From Candidatus Krumholzibacteriia bacterium (lineage in GTDB: Bacteria > Krumholzibacteriota > Krumholzibacteriia > LZORAL124-64-63), in the NCBI GenBank assembly GCA_050174015.1, contig JBFXKG010000009.1, positions 64,001 to 128,000 on the forward strand: a DNA stretch of 64,000 nucleotides. Reading direction: 5' to 3'. Positions 33,333 to 43,388 of this stretch are shown here, piece by piece. Under the pieces are notes generated by a model. It did not search any database. It had not been told where the DNA came from and saw nothing but the letters and a program-made list of their open reading frames with translations. The position numbers were made by a program, and so were the translations under genes. Each line of letters starts with the position of its first letter. Positions within the stretch are counted from its first letter, which is position 1.

Positions 33333-35372
33333 TTGCGTCATTCGTTTGGCAATCCCCGTGCCGCATTCGCGGTTTTCGCCCTGATTTCGCTCCTGGGCGG
33401 GGCGGCAGATTATACCCGGGCGGAGGTGCATTTGACCGCCACCGACGGGGACAACGGCGACGCTTTCGCCGCCTCGATCACCGAACTGGGGGACCTCGAC
33501 GGGGACGGGCGCTGGGAATTGCTCGTCGGCGCGCCGGCTGACCAGACCGCCGGCCTCGACGCCGGCGCGGTTTTCCTGTGGTTCGGCGCCCCCGAACTGA
33601 CCGTCGCCGCGGACCGGACCTGGCAGGGAACCTCTCCCGAACGGTTCGGCCACGCCGTCGCCCGGATCGGCGACGTCAACGGAGACGGGAAAGAGGACTG
33701 GGCCGTCGGGGCGCCGGAAAGCAACGCCGCCGGTCCGGGCGCGGGCCGGGTCTACGTGTTCTTCGGCCGGGCCGTTCCGGCGGCCGCCGCCGACGTGGTG
33801 ATCGACGGTGCGGTGGGCGGCGACCAGTTCGGCTACGCCGTGAGTGCGGCCGGCGATTTCGACGGGGACGGCTACGACGACTTCATCGTGGGCGCGCCCT
33901 TCAGCAACCTGCGCGCCCAGGACGCGGGCGCCGCCTACGTCATCTACGGAGGCTCGGGCGGGCCCAGCGCGAACCTGGCCCAGGCCACCGTCCTGACCGG
34001 CCAGGTGGCCGACGACCGGTTCGGCTGGTCGGTCACCGATGCCGGGAACTTCCTCGGGGGCAACGAGGACTGCGTCGCGGTGGGCGCTCCCCTGAGCAAC
34101 CTCTACGGCGGCCTGGACGCGGGCGCGTTCTACGTCTACGAGGGCCGTCTGGCCGGCGCCGCGCCGGACACCATGATCGACTTCGCCGCCGGCATCGGGG
34201 CCGCAGCCAAGGCCGGCAGCCAGTTCGGCTTCGCGGTGCGCGGCATCGACAGCTGGGACGGGGACGCCTACACCGACCTCGCCGTGGGCGGACCCTACTG
34301 CAACGAGTCGGCCCTGGACGCCGGCCGCGTCGAGATCTTCCGGGGCGGCGGCAGCCCCTCGGCGACAGCCTACCGCTACGTCAACGGGGCCGCCAGCAGC
34401 GACCTGTTCGGATTCGCCCTGGCCCGGGTCCGCCAGGTTTCCGGCAGCTCCCTGCCCGACCTGTTGATCGGCGCCCCCTACCACGACTCCACCGCCACGG
34501 ACGGGGGCCGCGCCTACATCTACGAGGGGGGAGGCTCCTCCTCCAGCAGCGCCGCGAGCCTCGTCTCGATCCCCGCAGTTCCCCTGCAGCCCGGAACGGT
34601 CGCCGGCGACGCCTTCGGCTACGCCGTCTCCAGCGCGGGCGACTTCGACGGGGACGGATCCTGGGATCACGCCGTCGGCGCTCCCGGCGGCAACAACCTC
34701 AACGGCGCCACGGCGGGGTACTGCCTCCTGGTCGACACGACCGGCGGGGTGGTGGCCAACCTGCTGTCCCTCTGGGAATGCGGACCGTCGCCCGACGGGG
34801 GTGCCCGGCTCCGGTTCCGTCTGGGTCTGCCCGTGGACGAGGTGGCCGCCCTGCTCCTGACCCGCCGATCGGGTGCGGATCGCACGGTCCTGTGGGACGG
34901 TCCGGCGGCTTCTTATTGCCCGGGCGACGGGTGCCTGGAATTCACCGGGGACGGGTACCGTTTCGACGACGGGCAGGGCTACCCGGCGGGCGAGGTCGTC
35001 GCCTACGACCTGACCCTGACCCTCGCCGGTGGCGGCCGGGTCGCTCTGGAGGACCTGGCGGGGCCTTCGGCCGGCGATCCTGCGGAACTGCCCTCGCGCC
35101 TCACCCTGGGGGGCGTCTGGCCCAATCCGGCCAATCCCATGGTGTCGGTGCGGTACCGCGCGCCCGCGGGCAGGACGGTCGCCGTGCGCATCTTCGACAT
35201 GCGGGGACGGCAGATCGGCGAGATGGCCGGGCCGGCCGCGACCGGGGACTGGCAGACCGCGACCTGGGACGGACGGACCGCCGACGGCAATCAGGCCCCT
35301 TCGGGGACCTACTTCATCATGGTCTCCAGCGGGGACGACATCCAGGCCCGCCGGGTGGTCCTGGCCCGATGA
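33333..35372 (+). CDS. Secreted FG-GAP (integrin-alpha-like beta-propeller) protein with C-terminal FlgD-Ig domain
   Basis: TTG after GGAGG; about 7 repeats of FG..V...GD.DGDG..D..VGAP; PNPANP...IFDMRGR...WDGRT...SGTYF. Confidence 0.85.
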   Translation: MRHSFGNPRAAFAVFALISLLGGAADYTRAEVHLTATDGDNGDAFAASITELGDLDGDGRWELLVGAPADQTAGLDAGAVFLWFGAPELTVAADRTWQGTSPERFGHAVARIGDVNGDGKEDWAVGAPESNAAGPGAGRVYVFFGRAVPAAAADVVIDGAVGGDQFGYAVSAAGDFDGDGYDDFIVGAPFSNLRAQDAGAAYVIYGGSGGPSANLAQATVLTGQVADDRFGWSVTDAGNFLGGNEDCVAVGAPLSNLYGGLDAGAFYVYEGRLAGAAPDTMIDFAAGIGAAAKAGSQFGFAVRGIDSWDGDAYTDLAVGGPYCNESALDAGRVEIFRGGGSPSATAYRYVNGAASSDLFGFALARVRQVSGSSLPDLLIGAPYHDSTATDGGRAYIYEGGGSSSSSAASLVSIPAVPLQPGTVAGDAFGYAVSSAGDFDGDGSWDHAVGAPGGNNLNGATAGYCLLVDTTGGVVANLLSLWECGPSPDGGARLRFRLGLPVDEVAALLLTRRSGADRTVLWDGPAASYCPGDGCLEFTGDGYRFDDGQGYPAGEVVAYDLTLTLAGGGRVALEDLAGPSAGDPAELPSRLTLGGVWPNPANPMVSVRYRAPAGRTVAVRIFDMRGRQIGEMAGPAATGDWQTATWDGRTADGNQAPSGTYFIMVSSGDDIQARRVVLAR

Positions 35373-36412
35373 CGGACGTCCGGGGACGGAGAGACCGCGA
35401 CGTTGCCGAATTGCACGGGCAGGGGGAATCCGGGGAGTCCCGGGTTCCCCTGATCGAACTCCACACCCATCTCGAGGGCAGCCTCACGCCCGCCAGGTTC
35501 AGGGCCCTGGCCGACCGTCACGGACGCAGCGGCCTGGTGCCCGGCTGCCTGGACCCCTCCGGCAACGCCTTTTCCTTCAATGGATTCCACGGTTTCCTGG
35601 ATCTCTACCGCCGCATCACCAGCGTGCTGCGGACCCCGGCGGACTTCCATGACGTTGCCCTCGACCTGGGCGTCCAGCTGGAGGCCGACGGCGTCCTCTA
35701 CGCCGAGGTCTCCGTCTCCTACGGCGTGCTGCTGAAGCGGGGGATCGACCCTGTCGCGGTGCAGGAGGCGCTGGCGGAGGCGGCGGCCCAGGTCCGGCAG
35801 GAGCGGGGCGTGGCCATGGCCTGGCTGCCTGACGCGGTCCGTCAGTGGAGCCTCGCGGAGGGGATGGGGGCCTGGGAGGCCGCCGGCCGCTGCGGCCGCC
35901 GCCTGGGCGTGGTCGGGTTCGGCCTGGGCGGCGACGAGACCGCAGGTCCCGCCGCGGGATTCGCCTCCCTGTTCGCCGAGGTGCGCCGGGAGGGCCTGGG
36001 CGTCACCATCCACGCCGGGGAGATCCCGGGCATGGGCCCGGGGGGCATCGATTCGGTCCGCCAGGCGGTGGAGGACTGCGGCGCCCACCGCATCGGCCAC
36101 GGCCTGGCCGCGGGCGCCGACCCGCCGACCCTGGCCCTGCTGGCTGAGCGTGGGATCTGCGTGGAGATGTGCCCGGGCTCCAACGTCAAGACCGGCGGCA
36201 TCGCCGCACTCGAGGAACACCCGTTGAGACGGTTCATCGAGGCGGGCGTGCCCTGCTGCCTGAACACCGACGACCGCACACTCTTCGGGCTGGACCTGCG
36301 GGGGGAATACGCGGCGGCCGAATCGCGACTGGGGCTGACTCCCGCCGAACGGTCGGTCATGATGGACCAGGCGCGCAAGGCGGCGTTCGGTGAAGTCCCC
36401 GGCGCCGCGTGA
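35369..36412 (+). CDS. add: Adenosine/adenine deaminase family protein
   Basis: ATGA overlap; ELHTHLEGS, HAGE, RIGHG, EMCPGSN, LNTDD. Confidence 0.9.
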   Translation: MTDVRGRRDRDVAELHGQGESGESRVPLIELHTHLEGSLTPARFRALADRHGRSGLVPGCLDPSGNAFSFNGFHGFLDLYRRITSVLRTPADFHDVALDLGVQLEADGVLYAEVSVSYGVLLKRGIDPVAVQEALAEAAAQVRQERGVAMAWLPDAVRQWSLAEGMGAWEAAGRCGRRLGVVGFGLGGDETAGPAAGFASLFAEVRREGLGVTIHAGEIPGMGPGGIDSVRQAVEDCGAHRIGHGLAAGADPPTLALLAERGICVEMCPGSNVKTGGIAALEEHPLRRFIEAGVPCCLNTDDRTLFGLDLRGEYAAAESRLGLTPAERSVMMDQARKAAFGEVPGAA

Positions 36413-36431
36413 GGTCCCCGGATCATCCGGG

Positions 36432-37073
36432 TCAGAACCCCTCCGGCCTCTTCCCGTTGGTCTCGATCTCCTCGAAGAAGAAGGTACTCGATCCGCCCTT
36501 GCGGCTGGTGACGATGGTGTGGGCGAAGTTGACGTCGCCTTCGGGCCGGTAGTCCAGCAGATCCCAGGAATATCCGATGTGATTCAGCAGGCCGGTCTCG
36601 ACATCGAAGGCCAGCGACCAGGAGGTCCCGTCCAGACCGGGTGATTCCAGGACGTCGACCCAGCGGCCGTGGCGTTGCACCCGTTCCTTGACCACCAGGT
36701 CCGGGAAGTAAGCCCCCACCAGCAGGGGTCCATGGGGATGGAGCAGCCAGGCCAGCTTGTCCAGGCTGCCGGCCAGGTCGCGGACGACGGGTTCCTCTCC
36801 TGCGGCCGTCTCCTTGACCAGGATCTCGCCGTCGGCCGTCGCCCAGATCTCCAGGACGGTTTCGGTGACCGGCGGATCCTTGGACCCGAGGTCGTCCACC
36901 CGCCGACCACGGTAATGGCGGGTTTCGACGGCCAGGATCGCGTCGCGGCCGCCCATGGCCTCGATGGAGGTCTGGAGGACGGTTTCGGCATCCGGCAGCA
37001 GGCCGTCGCCCGCCCAGGCGGCGGGGGCCAGGCAGAGAGCGGCAAGGACCGGGAAAAACAGGGATGGTCTCAT
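36432..37073 (-). CDS. Hypothetical secreted protein (possible LolA-like beta-rich fold)
   Basis: Signal peptide MRPSLFF...PAAWA; PDAETVL...EAMGG; FDVETGLL; DYRPEGDVNFAHTI. Confidence 0.7.
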   Translation of the reverse strand: MRPSLFFPVLAALCLAPAAWAGDGLLPDAETVLQTSIEAMGGRDAILAVETRHYRGRRVDDLGSKDPPVTETVLEIWATADGEILVKETAAGEEPVVRDLAGSLDKLAWLLHPHGPLLVGAYFPDLVVKERVQRHGRWVDVLESPGLDGTSWSLAFDVETGLLNHIGYSWDLLDYRPEGDVNFAHTIVTSRKGGSSTFFFEEIETNGKRPEGF

Positions 37074-37348
37074 GTCATGACTTCCGACGGGGCCCATCTT
37101 CATTCTACGCCGCCGTCGCCGGTTCTGTTCCCGGAGGGAGGGTTCGCGGATCCCCGGGATTCGACGGATTTCCCGGCGGCCGTGTCCGTCCGGCCACGGT
37201 CGTTCGTGGGCCAGGGTACACCCCGGTATTCCGCATTTTCGATTTTTTTTGAAATTCCTGCTATAAAACCCGCCCCGATCGGGTAGCCTGACCCGGAAAG
37301 TCCAAGGCTTCGTCGGGCATCGTCCGGCATCGTCCATCGCGGGGAGGA

Positions 37349-38971
37349 ATGCGCATGTTCCGGAAATCAGCAGTCGCCTGGGCCCTCGGGGCCTTCCTTG
37401 TCATTGGCGCGGGGGCGACGGCCTCGGCCCAGCCCCGGCGGGATCCCATCGTCAGGATGGACGCCTCCAGCACCATCGAGCTGGACCTCGGCCTCATGGT
37501 CGAGGACCTGTTGCCCCTGCTCATGGAGGCGCTGGCGGCCGAGGATCCCGAGACCGCCCCCTTGGTCGGGATGCTGGTGGAACAGATGGGGCTGGAGGCC
37601 CTGCAGACCCTGCGCATGGAGTCCCGGCAGACCCGGGACCACGGCAGCTTCGAGGTGCTGCTGAAGGTCGGGTCCGGCGATCGGACCGGCCTGTTGCCGC
37701 GTCTCCTCACCCTGCCCAACGCATCCTGCCGGTTCGGGAAGTACGTGCCGCAGGACCGGGTGGTGATGTTCTCGGCCTATCCCGACGTCGCGGGGATGAT
37801 CGATATCCTGCTGGACTTCCTGACCAGTCCCGAGCTCGCCCCGCTGCTTGGTGAGGTTCTCACGATCGACGAGGCCGGCGATCTGGTTCTCGAGGGCTTC
37901 ACCCTGCCGGCAGAATCCTCGGATCTGCTGACCGGCGAGATGGATCTCTTTCTGCTGGAGGGATCGGCCGGGGATTCCGGAATGTTCCCCATGAACCTGC
38001 CCTTCTTCCTGGTCCTGGGCAGCACCGACGGGATGGCCCTGCGGGACGAGTTGATCGGGCTGCTGGCGACCATGGCCGGCGAATCCGGCGGCGGTCTGCC
38101 GGAGATGATCCAGTCCCTGGAACCCGAGGCCGTCGGCGGCTTCGAGGTCGTGGACCTGCCGTTCGGCGGGGCCCTCGCCGCAGGTCCGGACTTCCTGGTG
38201 CTGGGTCTGAATCCCCGGGCGCTGCGGGAACTGATCGCCGCGCCGCGGGGCGACCTGGAAATCCCCGACGGGGTGGAGTGGATCTACGTGGACGGGCCGC
38301 GGTACGGCGCCTTCATGGAATCGATGATGGGGATGGCCTCCATGATGACCCCGCCCGAGGCCGGCGAGACGGAGTGGATGATGGACGTCTACTCGGTCAT
38401 GTTCGCCCACATGGAAACCGAGGAGATCCTCTACCGGACCCGGGACGACGGCCTGGAGATCCGCGGGGAAATCAGGGGGCCCCTGATGTCGGGGCTGTAC
38501 CGGATGGCGGTCGATTTCGCGGACCGCCTGCCCGAGATCATCGAGGAGCAGAAGATGAAGGCCGCCGCGGAACAGGCGCTCGACGGCTACCGCGAAGCGG
38601 TGGGCCTGCTGGACGAGGCCATGATGGCCTGGGCCGCGGAGCACGGGGGCTCCTACCCCGAGGACCCGCTGGACCTTTTGACGGACCTCTACCTCGAGGA
38701 ATGGCCCCTCGGTGCGCCGGTTCCGGCCGGGGAATACGAGGACTGGGGCTACACCTACCATCCCCTCCTGGACGAGACGGGGACGGTGGCGGGCTACTTC
38801 CTGTTCGTCTACGGCGGGGATCCGGAGTCGGGGCACGACGTCTACACGCCGGACAACCTCGAGACGGAGGGGAACTTCCGCATCGCGAAGGACGGGATTC
38901 CCGACGGCGTGATCTCGTTCTGCTACGACGGCCTGGCTTTCGAGCAGATGGACGCCTACTACGCCGAATGA
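37349..38971 (+). CDS. Hypothetical secreted acidic protein with a pseudopilin-like C-terminal domain
   Basis: GGGGAGG SD; signal peptide ending ASA; 540-aa ORF with high-GC codon bias; followed by terminator. Confidence 0.75.
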   Translation: MRMFRKSAVAWALGAFLVIGAGATASAQPRRDPIVRMDASSTIELDLGLMVEDLLPLLMEALAAEDPETAPLVGMLVEQMGLEALQTLRMESRQTRDHGSFEVLLKVGSGDRTGLLPRLLTLPNASCRFGKYVPQDRVVMFSAYPDVAGMIDILLDFLTSPELAPLLGEVLTIDEAGDLVLEGFTLPAESSDLLTGEMDLFLLEGSAGDSGMFPMNLPFFLVLGSTDGMALRDELIGLLATMAGESGGGLPEMIQSLEPEAVGGFEVVDLPFGGALAAGPDFLVLGLNPRALRELIAAPRGDLEIPDGVEWIYVDGPRYGAFMESMMGMASMMTPPEAGETEWMMDVYSVMFAHMETEEILYRTRDDGLEIRGEIRGPLMSGLYRMAVDFADRLPEIIEEQKMKAAAEQALDGYREAVGLLDEAMMAWAAEHGGSYPEDPLDLLTDLYLEEWPLGAPVPAGEYEDWGYTYHPLLDETGTVAGYFLFVYGGDPESGHDVYTPDNLETEGNFRIAKDGIPDGVISFCYDGLAFEQMDAYYAE

Positions 38972-38984
38972 CGGCCGGCCTCCC

Positions 38985-39032
38985 GGAACCCCGGATCAGT
39001 CCCGCCCTGGGGAGGATCCGGGGGTTTCTTTT
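38985..39032 (+). terminator. Intrinsic terminator
   Basis: GGAACCCCGGATC...GATCCGGGGGTTTC stem followed by TTTT. Confidence 0.6.
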
Positions 39033-39116
39033 CCCATTTCGATCTGGTACAATCAAGTCCCCCTGATCATCAACACCATCGGCACGGGCATTCCTACCGG
39101 ACATTGGAGGTTCATC

Positions 39117-39716
39117 ATGCCTTCCAGATCCTCTGTCTTGCTATTCGCTGTGATCGGTACCCTCCTGATGGCCCCGGCGGCCCACGCCATTTGCGTGGGG
39201 GAGGCCGTGGTCACCGCCGACCCCTCCACCGACCCGCTCGCCCCCGGCTGGGTCTACACCGTGACCATCACCTGGAGCTACCTCCACGGCGTTCATCACT
39301 GGGCCATCCCCCTGGACGCCCCGGATGGGACCTGCAGCTGCACGGATTTCCAGATCGCCCTGGACGTCCCCTCGCCGGCCGGTGAATCCGTCGGCGTTCC
39401 CGACGGATGCCTCATCCCCTATGCGGGGAGCCTGGAGTGCGACGGGGATCCTGCCGGCATCCTGATCGGCAAGCTCCTGGTGTTCACGCCGGAGGAATCG
39501 GGAGACTGCGGTCTGGACTCCGCGGGGGAGGCGGTCCTGCAGTTCCGGTCGGTCCTGCCGCCCACACCCATCGCCCCGAAAGCCATGTTCGCCGCGGTCA
39601 GTGCGACCGGAAGCGCCTGCGGCATGCCGCTGGCGGGGGTGTTCCCTGCGATGGCCTGCGATCCGGTGGACGACGAGGACACGGCCTGGGGCGCGCTCAA
39701 GTGCCTCTACCGTTAA
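39117..39716 (+). CDS. Cys-rich secreted protein with C-terminal 'WGALKxLYR' motif
   Basis: GGAGG SD; signal peptide ending AHA; nine Cys; ends DPVDDEDTAWGALKCLYR. Confidence 0.75.
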   Translation: MPSRSSVLLFAVIGTLLMAPAAHAICVGEAVVTADPSTDPLAPGWVYTVTITWSYLHGVHHWAIPLDAPDGTCSCTDFQIALDVPSPAGESVGVPDGCLIPYAGSLECDGDPAGILIGKLLVFTPEESGDCGLDSAGEAVLQFRSVLPPTPIAPKAMFAAVSATGSACGMPLAGVFPAMACDPVDDEDTAWGALKCLYR

Positions 39717-41431
39717 CCTTCGAGGAGCTTCCTCAACCGTTCGATCTCGGGCTGGATCACCTCGTCGTCCAGGCGGGGGAACAGGATCTCGGGTGAGCCC
39801 AGCTTGCGACCGGGGGGGATGGGCCGGCAACCCTCGTCCCATCCTCCCCGCCAAAGCCCGGTTTCCATTCCCAGCCAGCTCCACAGCTTCTCCATGGCGA
39901 ACGGCACCACGGGGGCCAGCATGACCGCCAGCATCCGGATGATCTGAAGCGAGACGCCCAGGCTGTGGCCGCAGCGCTCGAGGTCGGTCTTGCGCGTCTT
40001 GAACGGCGCCGACTCGTCGAAGTAGCGGTTGCCCACCTGGCCGGCGTGGAAGGCCGCCTCGACGGCGGCCTTGACGTCGAAGGTCCCGAGCCGCCGCGCC
40101 CACTCCTGCAGGTCCGCCTCGACCTCGGCCAGGGCCTGGCGGTCGAGGTCGGTCATCATCGCCTCGGACCACTCCGGGACCACCCCGTCGAAGTACTTGT
40201 GGACGAAGGTGAAGATGCGGTTGATCAGGTTGCCGAAGTTGTTGCCCAGCTCGTTGTTGTTGCGCGCCTGGAAACCCTCCCAGGTGAAGTTCATGTCGCG
40301 CGTCTCGGGCAGGTTGCGCGCCAGGGTGTACCGCAGGGGGTCGGCCTGGAACTTCTCGAGGTACTCGGGCAGCCAGACGGCGAAGCCGCGGCTGGTGGAC
40401 AGCTTCTGCCCCTCGAGGTTCAGGAACTCGTTGGCGGGGACGTTGTCCGGCAGCACGAAGTCCTCGCTGTGGGCCATGAGCATGGCAGGGAACATCACGG
40501 CGTGGAAGAAGACGTTGTCCTTGCCGATGAAGTGGACCAGGCGGGTCTCCGGGTCCTGCCACCACTTGCGCCACTGCTCGGGGTCGCCCTGGGCCGCGGC
40601 CCACTCGCGGGTCGAGGAGATGTAGCCGATGGGGGCCTCGAACCAGACGTAGAACACCTTGCCGTCGTGGTCGGGCAGGGGCACCGGCACCCCCCAGCCG
40701 AGGTCGCGGGTGACGGCGCGGTCCTCGAGACCGTCCTTGAACCAGCCGCGGCAGTACTGCTGGACGTTGTCCTTCCACTCGGGATGGGCGTCGATCATCG
40801 CGATAAGCCGGTCCTGGAAGTCCCCCAGGGGCAGGAACCAGTGGGTCGTCTCGCGCAGTTCCAGCGGGCTGCCGTCCTGGGCGTTGCGGGGCTCGATGAG
40901 CTCGGTGGGATCCAGGGAGGATCCGCACTTCTCGCACTGGTCCCCGCGGGCGCCCTCGGCCTTGCACCTGGGACAGGTGCCCTCGATGTAGCGGTCGGCA
41001 AGGAAGCGCTGCTGGCTGGGGCTGTAGAACTGCTCGGTGGTCTTCTGCCGGAACACGCCCTGGTCGTGCAGGTCCGTGAAGAAGGCCTGGCTGGTCTCGG
41101 TGTGGATCGGCCGGCTGGTCTGGCTGAAGTTGTCGAAGCTCATGCCGAAAGCGGCGAACGAGGCCCTGATGGACGCGTGGTTGCGGTCCACCAGCTCCTT
41201 GGGTGAGATCCCCTGCCTCTCGGCGGTCAGGGTGATGGGCACTCCGTACTCGTCGGTGCCGCAGATGTACAGGACGTCCTCGCCCCGCAGGCGCAGGTAC
41301 CGCACGTAGATGTCGGCGGGCAGGTAGGCGCCGGCCAGGTGGCCCAGGTGGATCTCGCCGTTGGCGTAGGGCAGGGCGCTGGTCACCAGGGTGCGCGAGA
41401 ACTTGCGGTCGGACGTGGGGGACGGGTTCAA
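39713..41431 (-). CDS. metG: Methionyl-tRNA synthetase (short form)
   Basis: TTG after GGAGG; TSALPYANG..HLGH, CGTDEYG, CPRC/CEKC knuckle, HFIGKDN, KLSTS. Confidence 0.97.
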   Translation of the reverse strand: MNPSPTSDRKFSRTLVTSALPYANGEIHLGHLAGAYLPADIYVRYLRLRGEDVLYICGTDEYGVPITLTAERQGISPKELVDRNHASIRASFAAFGMSFDNFSQTSRPIHTETSQAFFTDLHDQGVFRQKTTEQFYSPSQQRFLADRYIEGTCPRCKAEGARGDQCEKCGSSLDPTELIEPRNAQDGSPLELRETTHWFLPLGDFQDRLIAMIDAHPEWKDNVQQYCRGWFKDGLEDRAVTRDLGWGVPVPLPDHDGKVFYVWFEAPIGYISSTREWAAAQGDPEQWRKWWQDPETRLVHFIGKDNVFFHAVMFPAMLMAHSEDFVLPDNVPANEFLNLEGQKLSTSRGFAVWLPEYLEKFQADPLRYTLARNLPETRDMNFTWEGFQARNNNELGNNFGNLINRIFTFVHKYFDGVVPEWSEAMMTDLDRQALAEVEADLQEWARRLGTFDVKAAVEAAFHAGQVGNRYFDESAPFKTRKTDLERCGHSLGVSLQIIRMLAVMLAPVVPFAMEKLWSWLGMETGLWRGGWDEGCRPIPPGRKLGSPEILFPRLDDEVIQPEIERLRKLLEG

Positions 41432-41509
41432 GGGGATGCCTCCGGGCTGGACTGCGACAACGCCCCCTGGGGGGCGACAAGGTCCGCCCAATCTAAACCG
41501 TCGGGGCCG

Positions 41510-43204
41510 TCAGATCAATCGGTCCAGGGGTGCGAGGGGGGAATGGCCGTAGACGTGGGCGTCCAGCCAATCGGCGCAATCCACCCCGGTGACGGTCAGG
41601 ACGGCCGCCTGGAGGGCGCGGCGGTCGAAGGTGGTGCCGGCCTTTTCGGTGTACAGGTAGCGCAGGACCTCGTCCAGGGGTCGCATCATGCCGGTCGCCG
41701 CGGCAAGGTGCTGGTCCAGGGCCATGCACGCGGCGACCCCGCCGGCGTAGGCGAACCGGACCTGGCCCGCCGAGGCCATGACCTCCGAGGCGGCAGTCGC
41801 GATGGGCATCGTGCCCACCAGGGGGTTGCCGGCGTAGTCCCGGGCCAGCCGGCCCTGCAGAACCTCGCGGGCGTGTTCGGGGTCCCAGATCCCCGCGGCC
41901 GTCAGCATGCGCGCGGCGTACCAGGTGGTGGCGCCCTCGGTGAACCACAGGGTCTCGGGGTCGGTCTGGGGAATGGCCTCGCCGAGCCAGCCGTGGAACA
42001 TCTCGTGGGCGATCACGCTGGCCACGTTGCCGGTGAACTGCTCCCAGGTGGTTTCGGGGTGCAGCATGACCAGGACCGAGCTGCCGGTGTGCAGGCCGTA
42101 GCAGTCGAATCCCCCTTCGGCGGTCACGGTGTTGGCCGCCAGCATGACCGTGATCTGGCGGGTGGGAGCGTCGCCGAAGAAACCGATCTCGGTGCGCGCG
42201 ACGCGCCGCACCAGGTCGACGGCCAGGTCCACGGGGAAGCGCCACTGCCGGTCGGTGGCGAATCGGATCACCGTGTCGCGGGCCTGGCTGGCGGCGGTCC
42301 GGATGTCCCCGCAAACCAGCAGGGCGTTGTTCAGGTCGGCGAGATCCCGCGGGTGGTACAGCAGGCTGGCCGCCACCGGATGGGTGTCGGGGAGGCGGGG
42401 GCCCCGTCCGCCGCGCCCGTCCGCGGTCGGGGTCTCCGGCCGGAATCCCGGCAGCCCCGGGGAGATGCTTGCGGAACCCACCGGATCCCGCGCGGAATCC
42501 GCCACCGCGGCGGCGGCGAGGTTCCGGTCCACCAGGGCGGGCCAGGGCACCAGGAAAGGCAGGTTGCCGGGGTTGTGGACGGCCACGGTCAGGGTTCCCG
42601 CCGGATGGCCCACCGGCTCCAGGAAGATCTCGTATCCGGCAGCTCTCAGCCCTCCGTTCACCGGGGCGGTGATGTGCCGGCGGACGTCCTGCTCCATCCC
42701 GGGGGCCCGGTAGAGGTCGATCCGGTAGCTGACGCCCACCCGGGAGGTTCCGGAGGCGTGGAGCCGCCAGCCGTCCGGGGTGGGGGACAGCGGGAGGGCC
42801 CGGCCCCGGGAACCATCCGCCGTCAGGAGGAAGGCCTCGGGGGTGTGGACTTCCACCCCGTCCCGGGTTTCCGCGTAGACCCCGGGGGCGAACTCCAGGT
42901 CCAGCTCGTCCGGCAGCTTGCCCTCGGCGATCATGGTGATGGTCAGGACTCCCCGGGGGGCGGCCCCGAGGTCCACCTCGTAGGTCAGGTCCAGGGGATG
43001 GGAGGGGCGGGGGTGCAGGCCCCACACCGTCAGACCGAGCAGGAGGGCGGGAATCAGGACGGCCAGGAGTGACCAGGGGCGGTTCCGGCCGGAGGAGGAA
43101 GCCTGGGAACCGCCCGGGTCACCGGAATGAGGGCGCAGCCGGTGGGGGTCCCCGCCGCGCCGGGAGACGTACCTTTCGAGTGCGGATTGCGATGCCCTGG
43201 ACAT
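41510..43204 (-). CDS. M61-like (gluzincin) zinc metallopeptidase
   Basis: HEMFH motif, downstream LWFTEGATTW, YAGG; N-terminal TM; start uncertain. Confidence 0.75.
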   Translation of the reverse strand: MSRASQSALERYVSRRGGDPHRLRPHSGDPGGSQASSSGRNRPWSLLAVLIPALLLGLTVWGLHPRPSHPLDLTYEVDLGAAPRGVLTITMIAEGKLPDELDLEFAPGVYAETRDGVEVHTPEAFLLTADGSRGRALPLSPTPDGWRLHASGTSRVGVSYRIDLYRAPGMEQDVRRHITAPVNGGLRAAGYEIFLEPVGHPAGTLTVAVHNPGNLPFLVPWPALVDRNLAAAAVADSARDPVGSASISPGLPGFRPETPTADGRGGRGPRLPDTHPVAASLLYHPRDLADLNNALLVCGDIRTAASQARDTVIRFATDRQWRFPVDLAVDLVRRVARTEIGFFGDAPTRQITVMLAANTVTAEGGFDCYGLHTGSSVLVMLHPETTWEQFTGNVASVIAHEMFHGWLGEAIPQTDPETLWFTEGATTWYAARMLTAAGIWDPEHAREVLQGRLARDYAGNPLVGTMPIATAASEVMASAGQVRFAYAGGVAACMALDQHLAAATGMMRPLDEVLRYLYTEKAGTTFDRRALQAAVLTVTGVDCADWLDAHVYGHSPLAPLDRLI

Positions 43205-43388
43205 GCCCGATCTTTCTTTGCAAGGCTGGGGGGGGTGGAGGATTCCCCGTGGTTCCCCGTCGTTCCCCATCCCTCCCCGGAACGGCCCCTGCCGGGGCAT
43301 CCTATCCCGTTGATGCAACCAGCGTGCCGGGGTGGTATCCTGGAACGGTTGATGCGGCAACCATTCCCGCAAACCGGAAAGGTGGACC

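Noticed and set aside
33578..35368. 944-aa ORF apparently extending adenosine deaminase upstream
   Set aside because: The upstream part is an Arg/Pro-rich alternative frame of the FG-GAP gene; the real start is the ATGA overlap at 35369.
39713..41431. MetG lacking the C-terminal tRNA-binding domain as a pseudogene
   Set aside because: Short monomeric MetRS forms are common and all catalytic motifs are intact.
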